From contig NC_043000.1 in NCBI RefSeq assembly GCF_006345805.1, positions 10,106,001-10,170,000 on the forward strand: DNA of 64,000 bases, in the 5' to 3' direction. The notes beneath the pieces were generated by a model. The model searched no databases, was not told the origin of the DNA, and saw only the letters and a program-made list of their open reading frames with translations. This document shows, piece by piece, positions 37,900 through 50,843 of this stretch. The position numbers were made by a program, and so were the translations under genes. Every line of letters starts with the position of its first letter. Within the stretch, counting starts at the first letter, position 1. The stretch comes from Octopus sinensis. Lineage: Eukaryota.

Positions 37900-38680
37900 T
37901 GACTTTTATCTACTCTGTTCGACTCGGGGCTGTCTTTTCGTCTTTAATAATGGAAGGCAAGGTTTATGATATCGGAGGAATATCATTTCCTTCCATCATT
38001 ATTCTTGTTCTTTATGTAGTTCAGGCTTTCGGCAGGCGAAGAGAAAAGACTTCAAGTACAACTGCTATTTACAACTGGTTTATTTACAGGAAAAGTGAAG
38101 TGTGCTACCATCTTAAGCTCCGATGGTGTGGGCGCATTGCCTCTGGAGATAGACAGGCAGAAAACCTCTGCCAGTGTTGGTGTTCAGCCAGTGCTGCTGT
38201 GTAATGGCGCCGAAGAAGAGAAATTTGAAGGTTTTCCCTTTATATACTTTTCTCCATCGCGAGCCTCGTTGTGATCTCGCGCATGGCAAATGGATGCAGG
38301 TGAGGTCTCGCTCCAGTCTCGGAGATGGTAATGGCTGCCGCGAGATCTTATCCAATATGGCGCCGACTGCTTGTACCGCTACACGTCTCTCACGTCTTGT
38401 TGGCTTTCAGTTACCATCAATGCTTCTTAATTTACTTTTTTCTTGGTAAGGACGTTGGCTCTTCGCAAACCCATGTTTCCTTCTGTGAAGAAGTGATCTA
38501 TATTAGTTTGGCCTCCATGGGAATCCCTATCAAGAACACGCACTCTACTGGCATACTTCTCAGGGTCATTGCGGTATACAAGCCACCACATCGCAAAAAG
38601 GACTTGACCATGTGGTGGATTATCGTAACCTACCAGATTTATTTACTTCGCAGCAAAAGCCATAACAACGCGTAACCTCT
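37900..38680 (+). mobile_element. Possible highly decayed LINE fragment (ORF1/endonuclease region)
   Basis: GC-richer island; LRVIAVYKPPH resembles the APE-domain VYxPP motif; otherwise unrecognised. Confidence 0.25.
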
Positions 38681-39087
38681 TTATTTGTCTTTCGTACAGA
38701 ATAAAAGAGTAACATGTTCTTCCATACTTTCCAAAATCCCACCCAAATTATATTGATTTTAAATTTTGACACAAGATCAGCAACTTTCGGGGAGGGAATA
38801 AGTCGATTACATCGACACCAGTACTCAACTTGGTACTTATTTTATCAACCCTGAAATGATGGAAAGGTAAAGTCGACGTCGGCGGAATTTGAACTGAGAA
38901 CGTAAAGATAGACGAATTGTCACTAAGCATTTTGCCTGGCCTGCTAACGATTCTGCCTGCTCGCTACTTCCAACGAAGAAAGTAATTTTGGACATAGATA
39001 AAAATAAATGCATTCTCACGGTATATTTCACTCCACTTTCGTTAGAATTTTAATGATCTGCATATAAAAAATATGCTATAAAAAATA

Positions 39088-39259
39088 GGCGCAGGAGTGG
39101 CTGTGTAGTAAGTAGCTTGCTTACCAACCACATGGTTCCGTGTTCAGTCCCAACTGCGTGACACCTTTGGCAAGTGTTTTTTACTATAGCCTCGGGCCGA
39201 CCAAAGCCTTGTAAGTGGATTTGGTATACGGAAACTGAAAGAAGCCCGTCGTATATATA

Positions 39260-39306
<47 letters not shown>

Positions 39307-39575
39307 CGTGTGTGTGTGTGCGTGTGTGTGTTTGTGAGTGTGTGTGTGTCTGTATATGTTTGTGTGTCTGTGTTTGTTCCCCAACATCGCTTGACAACCG
39401 ATGCTGGTGTGTTTACGTCCCCGTAACTTAGTGGTTCGGCAAAAGATACCGATAGAATAAGTAGTAGGCTTACAAGGAATAAGTCCTGGGGTCGATTTGC
39501 TCGACTAAAGGCGGTGCTCCAGCATGGCCACAGTCAAATGACTGAAACAAGTAAAAGAGTAAAAGAGTAAATGAG
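39088..39575 (+). mobile_element. SINE family C, full-length reference copy
   Basis: tRNA-like head ggcgcaggagtggctgtg..ggttccgtgttcagtccc, CORE-like segment, internal (TA)n(TG)n, 3' stem-loop and (gtaaaaga)n tail. Confidence 0.9.
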
Positions 39576-41307
39576 TAATGTCTACATAGACTTATTTATA
39601 TGTTAGTGAAGGTGGTGAGCCGGCAGAATCGTTAGCACGCCGACCGAAATATTTAGTAGCATTTCTTACGGTTTTACGTTCAAATTCCGTCATGGTCGAC
39701 TATTTTGATAAAATAAATACCAGTTGATCACTGGGGCCCATGTAATCGATTTTCCTCACTTTCCCTAAGTATGCTGGTTTTGCGCCAAAATTTGAAATTA
39801 TTTTATCAAATACACGATAATGAATTATTAGCTTTGAAAAAAGTTACTATTTCGTTTGAAGAGAAGAGAATTTTGTTGTTGTGTAATACAGTTGTTGTTA
39901 TTAAACAGCCGTGACTGATTCCTGAAATAATGAGATCAATTAAAACATATAGCTGTGAAATAATTCGATATCATTTTTCCGACTGAGAAAAATATAATTA
40001 CTTTATAATATAATATGGATTAATAATTAGAATTGATTGGTCTAATCCGAAACTAATTGAATAGCTTTTTGGCTTGCTAATTTACAGAAAAGGAATTTTA
40101 ATATTTAAATATTCGAAATACACAGGAGAGACTTCAACAGCGAAGCTGAATCAATACTTTTAAACGAAATAAAACACAAGACTAGTCGTGTGTTTCAGTT
40201 CATTTATTTTTATATTTTTGTGTATCAAGTTCATTATGTGTATTTTCAAACTATGTATTAAGGATCTCGTTAAGACGGTACTGTGTCATTCGAGGACGAT
40301 TTGGCTGTTATTTCTTTTATGTCGAGCATCAAATGGAAGGCTGCCTCTCATTTAGTTCGTGGAAGATTTGCTTGTGATTCTCGATAAGAGAAATTAGTTC
40401 AGATTATTTAACACTGAAACGATTATGGCTCAACTACTTAAACATGCTTTAAACTCTTGATTGTTTGATTAATAATTTCAATCCCAATAAATCCGAGACC
40501 ATACGTATCAAAGTATTCATATTCAAAGTGAAATTAAAAAAAGAAAAAATTATTACATGGATATATTCAGATATTTTAAATATATTTCAATACTAACATA
40601 ATATATACCACTATATAAAGTTACAGATATTTTGTTGAACTCCTCTACAATCTTGATTATATTCAAAATTAATAGAAAAGCATTGACAGCCTAACTTAGT
40701 AATGTAATCACGAAAGGATAAAAGTAGTTTTGTTCATATTGTGATTTTCATCTGTTAAATGTTATATGAAAGCTAATAATTTGATGCAGGAGGGAAATAT
40801 TTATCAAGCGCTATACTTGGACGTTTTGTAACAATGAATTTGAATATAATTAAAGATATTTGTTAAGATTTTACTAATAATTATTGATGGCTGTCGTCTG
40901 CTCTATGCCTCATTATTTGAAGTTTGCAGCTGACTAATATTAAAATAAACATTAGAAGACAGTATTCAAAATATTAAAATAAGACCGAACGAAATAACAA
41001 TTCTGCATTTTAACTGTCAAATATATCTGTGATTTTAAACAAAGCAAAGTGAAAGCATTTTATTTCTAACTGTCCTTTTTTCTTCTTCTTCTCATTCTTC
41101 TGTTAATGCTTAGAAGATATTTTGTTGAAAATATTCTCACATTTACACAACGTATGTTTTCATATCTGCGTGGACATGACAGCTTAATAAGCAATATCTC
41201 GAAAGATAATTGGAAAATATTAGCTGCCAATCATCCAAGAGAGTGGAAGGACTTCTTGCAAAATATTATATATATATATATATACATATATTATATAATA
41301 TATATAT

Positions 41308-41366
<59 letters not shown>

Positions 41367-41641
41367 ATATACATGTGTATGTGTATGTATCAACACAGCT
41401 GGTTACTAGAAGACATGTGGAGCAATTAGTCCATCTCATTGAGGCTAAATATGGGATAAAATGCAATGTGCTCTTACTCTAATCAAACGCTACGAATTTA
41501 GACTATAAGCATTTGTAAATGAAGAAAGGGATGTGTCTAAGTAGATGCGTAATACTAAATTAATAAATTAAACTATGACGCACGTTTTCTTCACTTTATA
41601 CGATGTATGTATGTATGTATGTATGTATGTATATGTATATA

Positions 41642-41704
<63 letters not shown>

Positions 41705-41708
<4 letters not shown>

Positions 41709-42030
41709 TAATACAAAATGGGTGCAAGAACGTAGAACATCCGGAACATCCAGATAGACGTTACAAAGAAAACAAGGAGGGGGTCATTCGAAGTTTTCTT
41801 TCCTCAGTCAAGCACCAGATTATCCTCGCAATTTTCCCTGATTATTCTTGAGATTGCTCCAATCTGGCCAACCCCAAGGAAAAACTAAGCTAAGACCATT
41901 AGATTCCTTGGAAGAAAGCAGCGAATGTATACAAAACCAAGGACGGAAAAAACGGACAATGTTACACAAATATTAAAACAATAACAAAACACGATAAAAA
42001 TAATAACAGGACATAACAACAGGTGTCTTA
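41705..42030 (-). mobile_element. Repeat family in (TA)n, probably another Penelope-like terminus; related copy inverted at 55620-55810
   Basis: Shared sequence between the two loci; degenerate CTGAGGA-aag..ctt-c-GAA core. Confidence 0.4.
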
Positions 42031-42360
42031 TATATATACCTTTTACTTGTTTGGATTTTTCGAATGTGGTCGCGCTAGGGCACCACTTTGAATTTTTAGT
42101 CGAGTGAACCGAGCCCTATACTTTTTCCTTAAAGCCTTGTACTTATTCTATCAGACGAGCTGCTAAATTACGGGGATGTAAACACACCAACACTGGTATT
42201 TAAGCAGTGGCAGGGTACAAGAAAAGGACGCACACAGGCACGCACATTTACGACGCTTCTTTCAGCTTCCATGTACCAAATCCACTCACAAAGCTTTTGT
42301 CAGCCTGGGGCTATAGTAGTGAACATTAATCCAAGCAACTTTTTTCCACATAGCCACATC

Positions 42361-42362
42361 TA

Positions 42363-42450
<88 letters not shown>

Positions 42451-42452
42451 CA

Positions 42453-42485
<33 letters not shown>

Positions 42486-42511
42486 CTGTCTGTTTGCCAG
42501 TCTGTCCGTCC

Positions 42512-42546
<35 letters not shown>

Positions 42547-42562
42547 CATCCATCCATCCATC

Positions 42563-42606
<44 letters not shown>

Positions 42607-42617
42607 GTCTATCTGTA

Positions 42618-42701
<84 letters not shown>

Positions 42702-42713
42702 AATCTATCTATC

Positions 42714-42744
<31 letters not shown>

Positions 42745-42759
42745 CTATCTGTCTATCTG

Positions 42760-42813
<54 letters not shown>

Positions 42814-42836
42814 ATCTATCTATCTATCTATCTATA
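42361..42836. repeat. (TATC)n/(TGTC)n/(CATC)n compound microsatellite
   Basis: Directly visible. Confidence 0.97.
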
Positions 42837-43559
42837 TATGTCAATATTTACATGGCCGCAGCTCTGGAGCTGAACCTATTTCAATATTTATTTAGGATGT
42901 GATATATATATAAGCCGTATTTAGTGACTGGCATATACACGATCAATTATCTGAACAACCTGTCAAAAGCAACATCTACAAAAAAAGATTTCAAGCTGCG
43001 AATATGTAAATCAAGCAGGGAAGAACATAAAATGGCTATTCACTCTTTATTCATATTGTATTTTTTTCCTCTTATCCAGGAGCCGCAGGGGAAATGTCCG
43101 AAGAAATAAGGTTTTCTGGTAACATATTTGATCAATCGTTTGATCAATATTGAGAGTCGCAATTTTATTTTTACATACCTTTGTCACCAGAGGAAGCGCA
43201 GTACCCTAAGATCCTTTGGAATCCTGAATGATTGATCGGACGTAGTTATACTCAGGTTGTTGTTGTTGTTGGTGGTGGTGGGGAGGGATTGTACCAACGT
43301 TGTTGAATTTGTTGTAGCTTTTTGTTGTTGTTGTTGTTGTTGTTATTGTTGTTGTTGTTGTTGTTGGTGGTGTCTTATCTATGCAGGCCTATGGCGTTTC
43401 AAACATATTTATCACGGTCTCTTTTCTTTTAGAAGTTTCCTATCAAGGTTTACATTATTCAATATGTTCATACGTTTTCTCTTCTGCACTGTGTATAGAA
43501 TCTTCCTCGTTAGCTCACTGTGGCAGCAATGTTTTGCAGGCAGCTATTTCAACAGTGAG

Positions 43560-43606
<47 letters not shown>

Positions 43607-43667
43607 TATATATACATATATTAAACTTATATCTATACATACATACATACATACATACATACATACA

Positions 43668-43703
<36 letters not shown>

Positions 43704-43707
43704 TTTA

Positions 43708-43839
43708 CACGATAGCGATATATAATATATATATATATATTATATATATATATATATATATATTAAACTTCGGGATTCAAGTGAATAAGGTCCTTAGATA
43801 CTAAAACATCATGGTCGCGTCAGTGATATCGCTATCGTG
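43708..43839. mobile_element. Small TA-flanked MITE with perfect 14-bp TIR
   Basis: TA-cacgatagcgatat ... atatcgctatcgtg-TA. Confidence 0.65.
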
Positions 43840-44314
43840 TACAAACAGTATTCGAAAACAAATATGTACTTACTAAAGCAAACACGGATTTACATTCCGG
43901 TTGTATGTATAATCACAAATGGCCAACTCTCTGAATTCTTATTGAGATGTTCAAAATGTTTAATTCTTACATGTATTCACCTGATGAAAATGTTTATTTT
44001 TGCATGATGTAATGTTTCTATTCATCAATAAAAACACGTTTGAAACAGCTGTAATGAACCACAATCTATCTGTTGTCATTTGTTCATATATATATATATA
44101 TGCATTCGGTGCGAATGTTTTTTTACAATGTGTTTTTCTTTGGAATAGAAAAAAGTCTATCTTTATTTCTTCCTTTGCTGGTGTCTCAAATTTAGGTTAA
44201 ATCAGTGTTTCTCGAAGGGGAGGCCTATGGGACAGTCGGGCAAGTTGTTTTGAGAAAATTTGGTTTAAATGTTTGACAACTCAGCACCGTCCATTGGACG
44301 GCGCGGGGGGGGGC

Positions 44315-44346
<32 letters not shown>

Positions 44347-45233
44347 CAGTAACTATTGACATTTGTCCCGGACCTATGGGTTTCCAACAAACATTGCATC
44401 GTCATTAGCAAAGAAGATAAACGTAGATTGTACAACAGTTCTATTTTTATAGGTAGGGACTGTACCGTCTCATCTGAAATTTGAGGTGGCAGTGAGACTG
44501 CTTTATGAAATATTCTTCTGTTCAGCGAATGAACATTTTGTGAAGAACATGGAAAGTGCCTAATCCACCCTATTATGTGTTTGTGTATTTTGCTCTATAC
44601 ATAGAACAGGGCTTGTTTCATCAATGGAAACTGGGAGCTAAATACAGAAATTACTCAATAAATCTTCGTGTGTATGTTTGTTTTGAGTAACATAGAAGAG
44701 TAACAGCCAAAATAAAAACACAATCTAACAGATACATATAATATACTTAATAAAAATACATACACACACGCACATATACACCCCCACCTCACACATATCA
44801 ATTACATATATTTCTCATTCTGTCTCAAAATATCACAGAATGAACGATGCATGAAGCGGAGCCAAATTAATATAATCTATTATACGTGTAAGAATTTACA
44901 CGGAAAATTCTTTTAGAAATGCGATATTAATATTAAAGACATTTTTATTTTTTATTATGTTTTTTTTTCTTTTTTGCTCTTTGTTCCTAAAAATCATTTA
45001 AGTACATTTCTAACCAAAAATAATACACATTGAGTAATATCTGTATTTAGCTCCCAACTTTATTTGGTGAAACGCGCCCTCGTGTCTGCTTAGAATATAT
45101 TATATTTACACGATGTTGGCATTTTTCGTGTTTATCAACATAGCTTCACAACAGATTCATTTGCGAAATGAAAAAGTTCATAAAACAATAATTTCATCAT
45201 CATTGCAGTTATTGAAAACATACAACTGTTCAG

Positions 45234-45462
45234 GCGGCGAGCTGGCAGAATCGTTAGCGCGCCGGGCGAAATGCGTAGCCGTATTTCGTCTGCCGTTACG
45301 TTCTGGGTTCAAATTCCGCCGAGGTCCACTTTGCCTTTCATCCTTTCGGGGTCGATAAATTAAGTACCAGTTACACACTGGGGTCGATGTAATCGACTTA
45401 ATCCGTTTGTCTGTCCTTGTTTGTCCTCTCTGTGTTTAGCCCCTTGTGGGTAGTAAAGAAAT
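45234..45462 (+). mobile_element. SINE family M long-tail monomer with 14-bp TSD
   Basis: atacaactgttcag at 45220-45233 and 45463-45476. Confidence 0.93.
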
Positions 45463-46030
45463 ATACAACTGTTCAGCGCATAAATCTATATAGAACAATT
45501 CTATGATACAACCCTCATTTCGCTCGTTGATGACGATACGAAGATCTGTGTCCCTTGCAGCTGGCAAAGTTAATGATTATATTGATATTCCATATCTGTA
45601 TTCCCACACATTGTGCACGCGTGTATTTACATTTATATTAGATAACACTATTGTGTAATTTAATATTGTATTATTGTGCACACATATATTTACATCGATA
45701 TTACATTATTATTGTGGCTCTGCGTCATTAATCGAGCACTTTGTGATGATATAACATAAATATATATCTAAAGGTATAATGAAAAGTTCTCTTAATCGAA
45801 TGATTTCAGATATTTTTCCTACCTCATTTTATTCTCTTCTTGTCTATCCGTTTTTCTAGAAGAAAAGTGAATAAAAGATATTTCCACCTTTTAATTCTTT
45901 TTCACTTCCTGAGCGTCAGCCCTAGCACACTCTGTGTTTGCTTTTAAACCTCCTCTTCAGGTTGTATTATTTTTTTGCACTATATATGTATGTATATATA
46001 TATATATATAATATATATATATATATTATA

Positions 46031-46077
<47 letters not shown>

Positions 46078-46169
46078 CATGTGTGTGTATGCATACACAC
46101 ACACACATATATATATACATATATGCATATATATATGTGCATACATATACATATATACATGAATACACA

Positions 46170-46237
<68 letters not shown>

Positions 46238-46887
46238 ATATAATATTATATGTACATATACAATCAGAAAGACAAACACAGATCATTTGATAGATAGAGA
46301 GATAGAGGGAGAGAGAGAGAGAGAGAGGGAGAGTGAGTGAAAGAGAGTGAGAATGAGGGAGAGAGAGACAGTGAGAGTGTGTGCGTGAGAGAGAGAGAGA
46401 CAAAGGGAGAGAGAGAGAAGTAGGTATATCTTCCACCCGTCTTCTCTACTCATCCATCTATGTCTCAAACGAGACGTGCACACATATATTTCTGTACATA
46501 TAAAGTGGTGCACTTATACAGCTAAATCAATACCGAATGTACATAGCAACTAATGTATTTCATTTCATTTCATTTCATTTTTCATTTTGTCTGCTCAAGT
46601 CGAGAGTTTTGTCGCTTTCCATTTCCTTCCTCATATGCAACTAAACTCTGCAATCTCATAATTCTGAATCGTTTACCTAAATGTATGCAGCTGACATAGA
46701 AATGAATACACAGCCTGCAGTCTCTAGAGGATGCTGATATGACTTATGCTAGATCATCCACAAAGCGAAAGATAACGTCCTATGGAGCATGACCCCACTG
46801 CTTTTGTCTAGGTTGCACTCCGATATCAGTTCTAGTATAAAAGCTTGCTTTATATTCTCAATCTATGTTCCTTTTATAATAATAAAT

Positions 46888-47142
46888 AATAAATACGCCC
46901 TTTTTAAAGCCTAGCCAGGCTCATGGGTCCGATTTCCCGGTTTCAATGGCGTATGTGTTCCCTAGCTGGACGGGACGCCAGTCCATCGCAGCATTACTCA
47001 TTTTTGCCAGCTGAGTGGACTTGAGCAACGTGAAATGAAGTGTTTTGCTCAAGAACACAACGCGTCGCCCGGTCCAGGAATCGAAACCACAATCTTACAA
47101 TCATGGTGCTGACACCCTAACCACTAAGCCACGTGCCTCCAC
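46888..47142 (-). mobile_element. tRNA-derived SINE with V-domain-like segment; partial copy at about 54690-54810
   Basis: Minus strand: gtggcttagtggttagg A box, ggtttcgattcc B box, gatggactggcgtcccgtccag segment (family assignment from recall). Confidence 0.7.
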
Positions 47143-47413
47143 ATGTTCCTGTTATACTTCACCTTTATATTGGAGATCAATTCAGTTGATACGTTGATCG
47201 CATTAAATTTAATGATTTAATAAAAGAGAAATCTACACAAATGTATATAGGAGCAGGCGTGGCTGTGTGGTTAAGAAGCTCGCTTGACAACCATATGGTT
47301 TCAGGTTCTGCTCCACAGTACGACACCTCGATTAAGTGTCTTCTACAATAGCACCAAACTGACAAATAACTTACGAGTGAATATGGAAGACAGAAACTCT
47401 GATGGAGCCCGTC

Positions 47414-47480
<67 letters not shown>

Positions 47481-48021
47481 TCTCTCTCCCTCTCTCTCTC
47501 TCTCACGTATATATGTGTGTGTTTTTGCGTTTGTCTTGTGTGTGTCCTCTTAGCGCTTGTGAAATGGTGGTGGTTTGCTTGTGGTCCTGTAACTTAGAAG
47601 TTGACAAAAGAATAAATAAGGACTAGACTCTAAAAAAACAAGTACTGGAGTCGATTTGCTCGACTAAATCTATGCATGCGGTGCTCCAACCTGGCCACAG
47701 TCCAGTGACTAAAACAAGTAAAAGGCATAAATATAAATAAAATGTATACGAAAATACAAATGTGTGTTGTAGAAGTGACTCCCTTACGGTATATGATTTC
47801 GTCCCTTTACTTTCTATGTTCAAATCTAGTCAGAGTTCTTTTTGCCTTTCACCCACCCTAGGTAAATTAAATAAATACCAATAGCATATAGCTATATCAC
47901 TAAATTATAAATGTATCACTATAAACCTATGTTTATGATAATTATTTGAAAAAAAAAAAGAAATGAAAGGTTAATTAAAGCTAGAACAAACTGCAGTTAA
48001 CGCGGCTTCAATTTTATTGTT

Positions 48022-48136
48022 ATTTTATGAAGATCTCTATGGATTTACTAGATACGTTTACGGAAATTACAGGAACTTTAAGAACAATATTTTTTATTGC
48101 AACAGGCGAAAATAGCGACTCACGTGTGATATTTTG

Positions 48137-48182
<46 letters not shown>

Positions 48183-48295
48183 ATCGCGCGAATTGCTATT
48201 TTCGCCTGTTGCATTAAGAACAATTATTCTTAAAACCCCTGTAATTTCCATAAACGTATCTAACAAATCCATCGAGACTTTCAATATCATAAAAT
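48022..48295. mobile_element. Foldback/MITE-like element with about 115-bp diverged inverted arms around (CA)n
   Basis: ggattt..tagatacgttta.ggaaattacagg..aagaacaat..ttattgcaacaggcgaaaatagc mirrored on the right. Confidence 0.65.
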
Positions 48296-48382
48296 TACGA
48301 TAAAATTGAAACCCATTAAATGTATATATACATGTATGTATGTATGTATGTATGTATATGTATGTATGTATGTATATGTATA

Positions 48383-48437
<55 letters not shown>

Positions 48438-48946
48438 ATATATAAGCAAGAAGGGTAGTAATATTATTTACTACCAGGTGCCCAGCACAAAAGACGAATT
48501 AGTCATAAGACAAAAATATTATTCATATAGAAAAATATTATTCATGTGGTTATACAATTAAGGGCTCCTAAATAAAGATGCCGAGTGCTGGGGACACAAA
48601 AAGGGGATGAATTTATCGAGAGTGAAAATCAAAAACGTTTACCGATAACTTTAACAACTCGTACCGCGGTTTCTGCTTCTTTCTAGCAAAACACAGAATA
48701 TGTTTGCTAAGGCTGGCTTCATCAGCGAGTCGCCTGAATTTAATCGAGGTCTGCAGCGATGTGGGGCTATATGTTAAACCCGACTACTAGCAGATCTTAA
48801 CTTTTCAAATCTCTGCGCAGACGCAAAATTTACACGGGCATGCCGGGAAGAATTTTACGAATAAATTCATCATGTAGTATGCGAATATAAGCAAACACAC
48901 GCACATATATATATATATATGATATGTATATATATATAATATATTG

Positions 48947-48999
<53 letters not shown>

Positions 49000-49805
49000 G
49001 ATAGATAGATAGGTACACACACAACACACACACACGTGCGCACATATATACTGTAGAGAAGGCGAGAAGGAGAGAGAAGTAGGTATACCTTCCACCCGTA
49101 TTCTCTACACCTCCATCTATGTCTTAAACGTGACATGCACACATATATTTCTCTACATACAAGTGGCGTACTAATACAGCTACGTTTATAGTGATATATT
49201 TTTAGTATACTAGTACAGCTGATTGAATCAGTTCTATTGTATTACTGGTATCTCTTTAATCAGACTAAGGTGGCTGAAAGGGTAAAAGAACTCTCGCTAG
49301 ATTTGAACTCAGAAAATAAAGGGACATAATATAGCGTAAAGGAGACACCTCCACAACACTTTTGTATTTTCGTATAAATGTATTCGACTTAACTACTCCA
49401 GGGTATGAGTAAATAAACTGCATTCTTCTGCCAAGCCAGGTCGAGTCAGTGTGGTAGAACAGGCTCATCAAACCAGTATGATCTCAAGATCAAATTCACA
49501 GCCTGTATATCAGGGTGTGGTTCGTGGAGAGAACATACCGAGGCCTTCATCCTGTAGTGGACTGAACATAAGCAAGCCAATCCGATACAATACTGGTGTT
49601 GATAATGGTGAATAGAGACAGGTACATATAGTGGAGGAGTGGGAAAGAGAGAGAGAGTAGAGAGAGAGAAACGAGAGAGAGAGAGAGAGAGTGTGTGAGA
49701 GAGAGAAAAAGAGTAAGATAAAGGATTCTAAAAAGGAATGGAGGCTGTATGACGTCACTGCTCATTTACTTATCTCTTTCTCTTTCCCCCTCTATTTATC
49801 TACCA

Positions 49806-49879
<74 letters not shown>

Positions 49880-50178
49880 TTTTGCATATTTCTCTATACA
49901 CCATTATCAATGTCAACATCACCACCACCGTCTCCGGCTTCACTACCACAACACCTAACAGTTTCATGTGCGTGAGTGTGTGTGTTTTCTGTGATGAATG
50001 ATTATTTACGTGTAAAGTAGATATTTTTGATTGTGCAAGTTTTTATCATTCAGTATATACTACCGCAACTTAGACTATATAGAATGAATAGATATGTTAT
50101 AATGCGAACATATTGCAAGGATTTTTTTTCTCAAATGCAATTATGTATGTTGCCTATTTCTAGAGTGATTTCACTTAC

Positions 50179-50359
50179 CATCTTCATTCATTCCATCTGT
50201 CGTCATCGATTCGACTGCCGATATTTTGAGTTGAATTGAGCTGCAAATTGGATTTGTTTTGCATTGTACAAAATCACGGCATGCAAAAATTTCTGCCATT
50301 TTGATATACAAGCATGAATTAGAAATGTGCGAATACACAAATGTTTCTGAAATAATTTC
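50179..50359 (-). CDS. Candidate exon (EIISETFVYSHISNSCLYIKMAEIFACRDFVQCKTNPICSSIQLKISAVESMTTDGMNED), product unknown
   Basis: actttttcacAG acceptor and consensus atg/GTAAGT donor; one frame open for all 181 nt; internal aaaATGg start context. Confidence 0.4.
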
Positions 50360-50843
50360 CTGTGAAAAAGTTGTTCTTTTATTTCGTTCAATTTATTTTG
50401 TAGTACAGTATTCATGCATTATACATACTGTACAAGCATGTAACGTATTGAGTGATTAAAGCTCCAGTATTTCGACATTTATTTATTTGAACCCGTTATG
50501 AATATAGCAGAGAAGCATTGAAGACACAGTATCAGATAGAACCCTCTTCCCTGTCTGTATAGTATAACACAAGGGAAAAAGACCAGATATGTGAAGTCTA
50601 TGAATTTGTTCTCTCGTTATTCCTTAATTTCAAATTCAATTTATTAATCCTGCCTGTTGTTGTGAGGGGATGGTTATCTCCCTTGTATTAGTTTCCATCA
50701 TTAGAGAGAATCACGCGTTTGCGTCCCATTCAGGGGGAATGTTGTGACTTCGGTAACATATGCTTAGTGGAAACCTGGTAACCTGCCCTACGAATCATCA
50801 GGCTCGAGGCAGTGGTTTAATGCCTCCAGAATTATACCATTTT

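Noticed and set aside
41114-41151. 38-nt plus-strand micro-exon reading DILLKIFSHL (F-box-like)
   Set aside because: Too short to support, with no partner exons; left as unverified.
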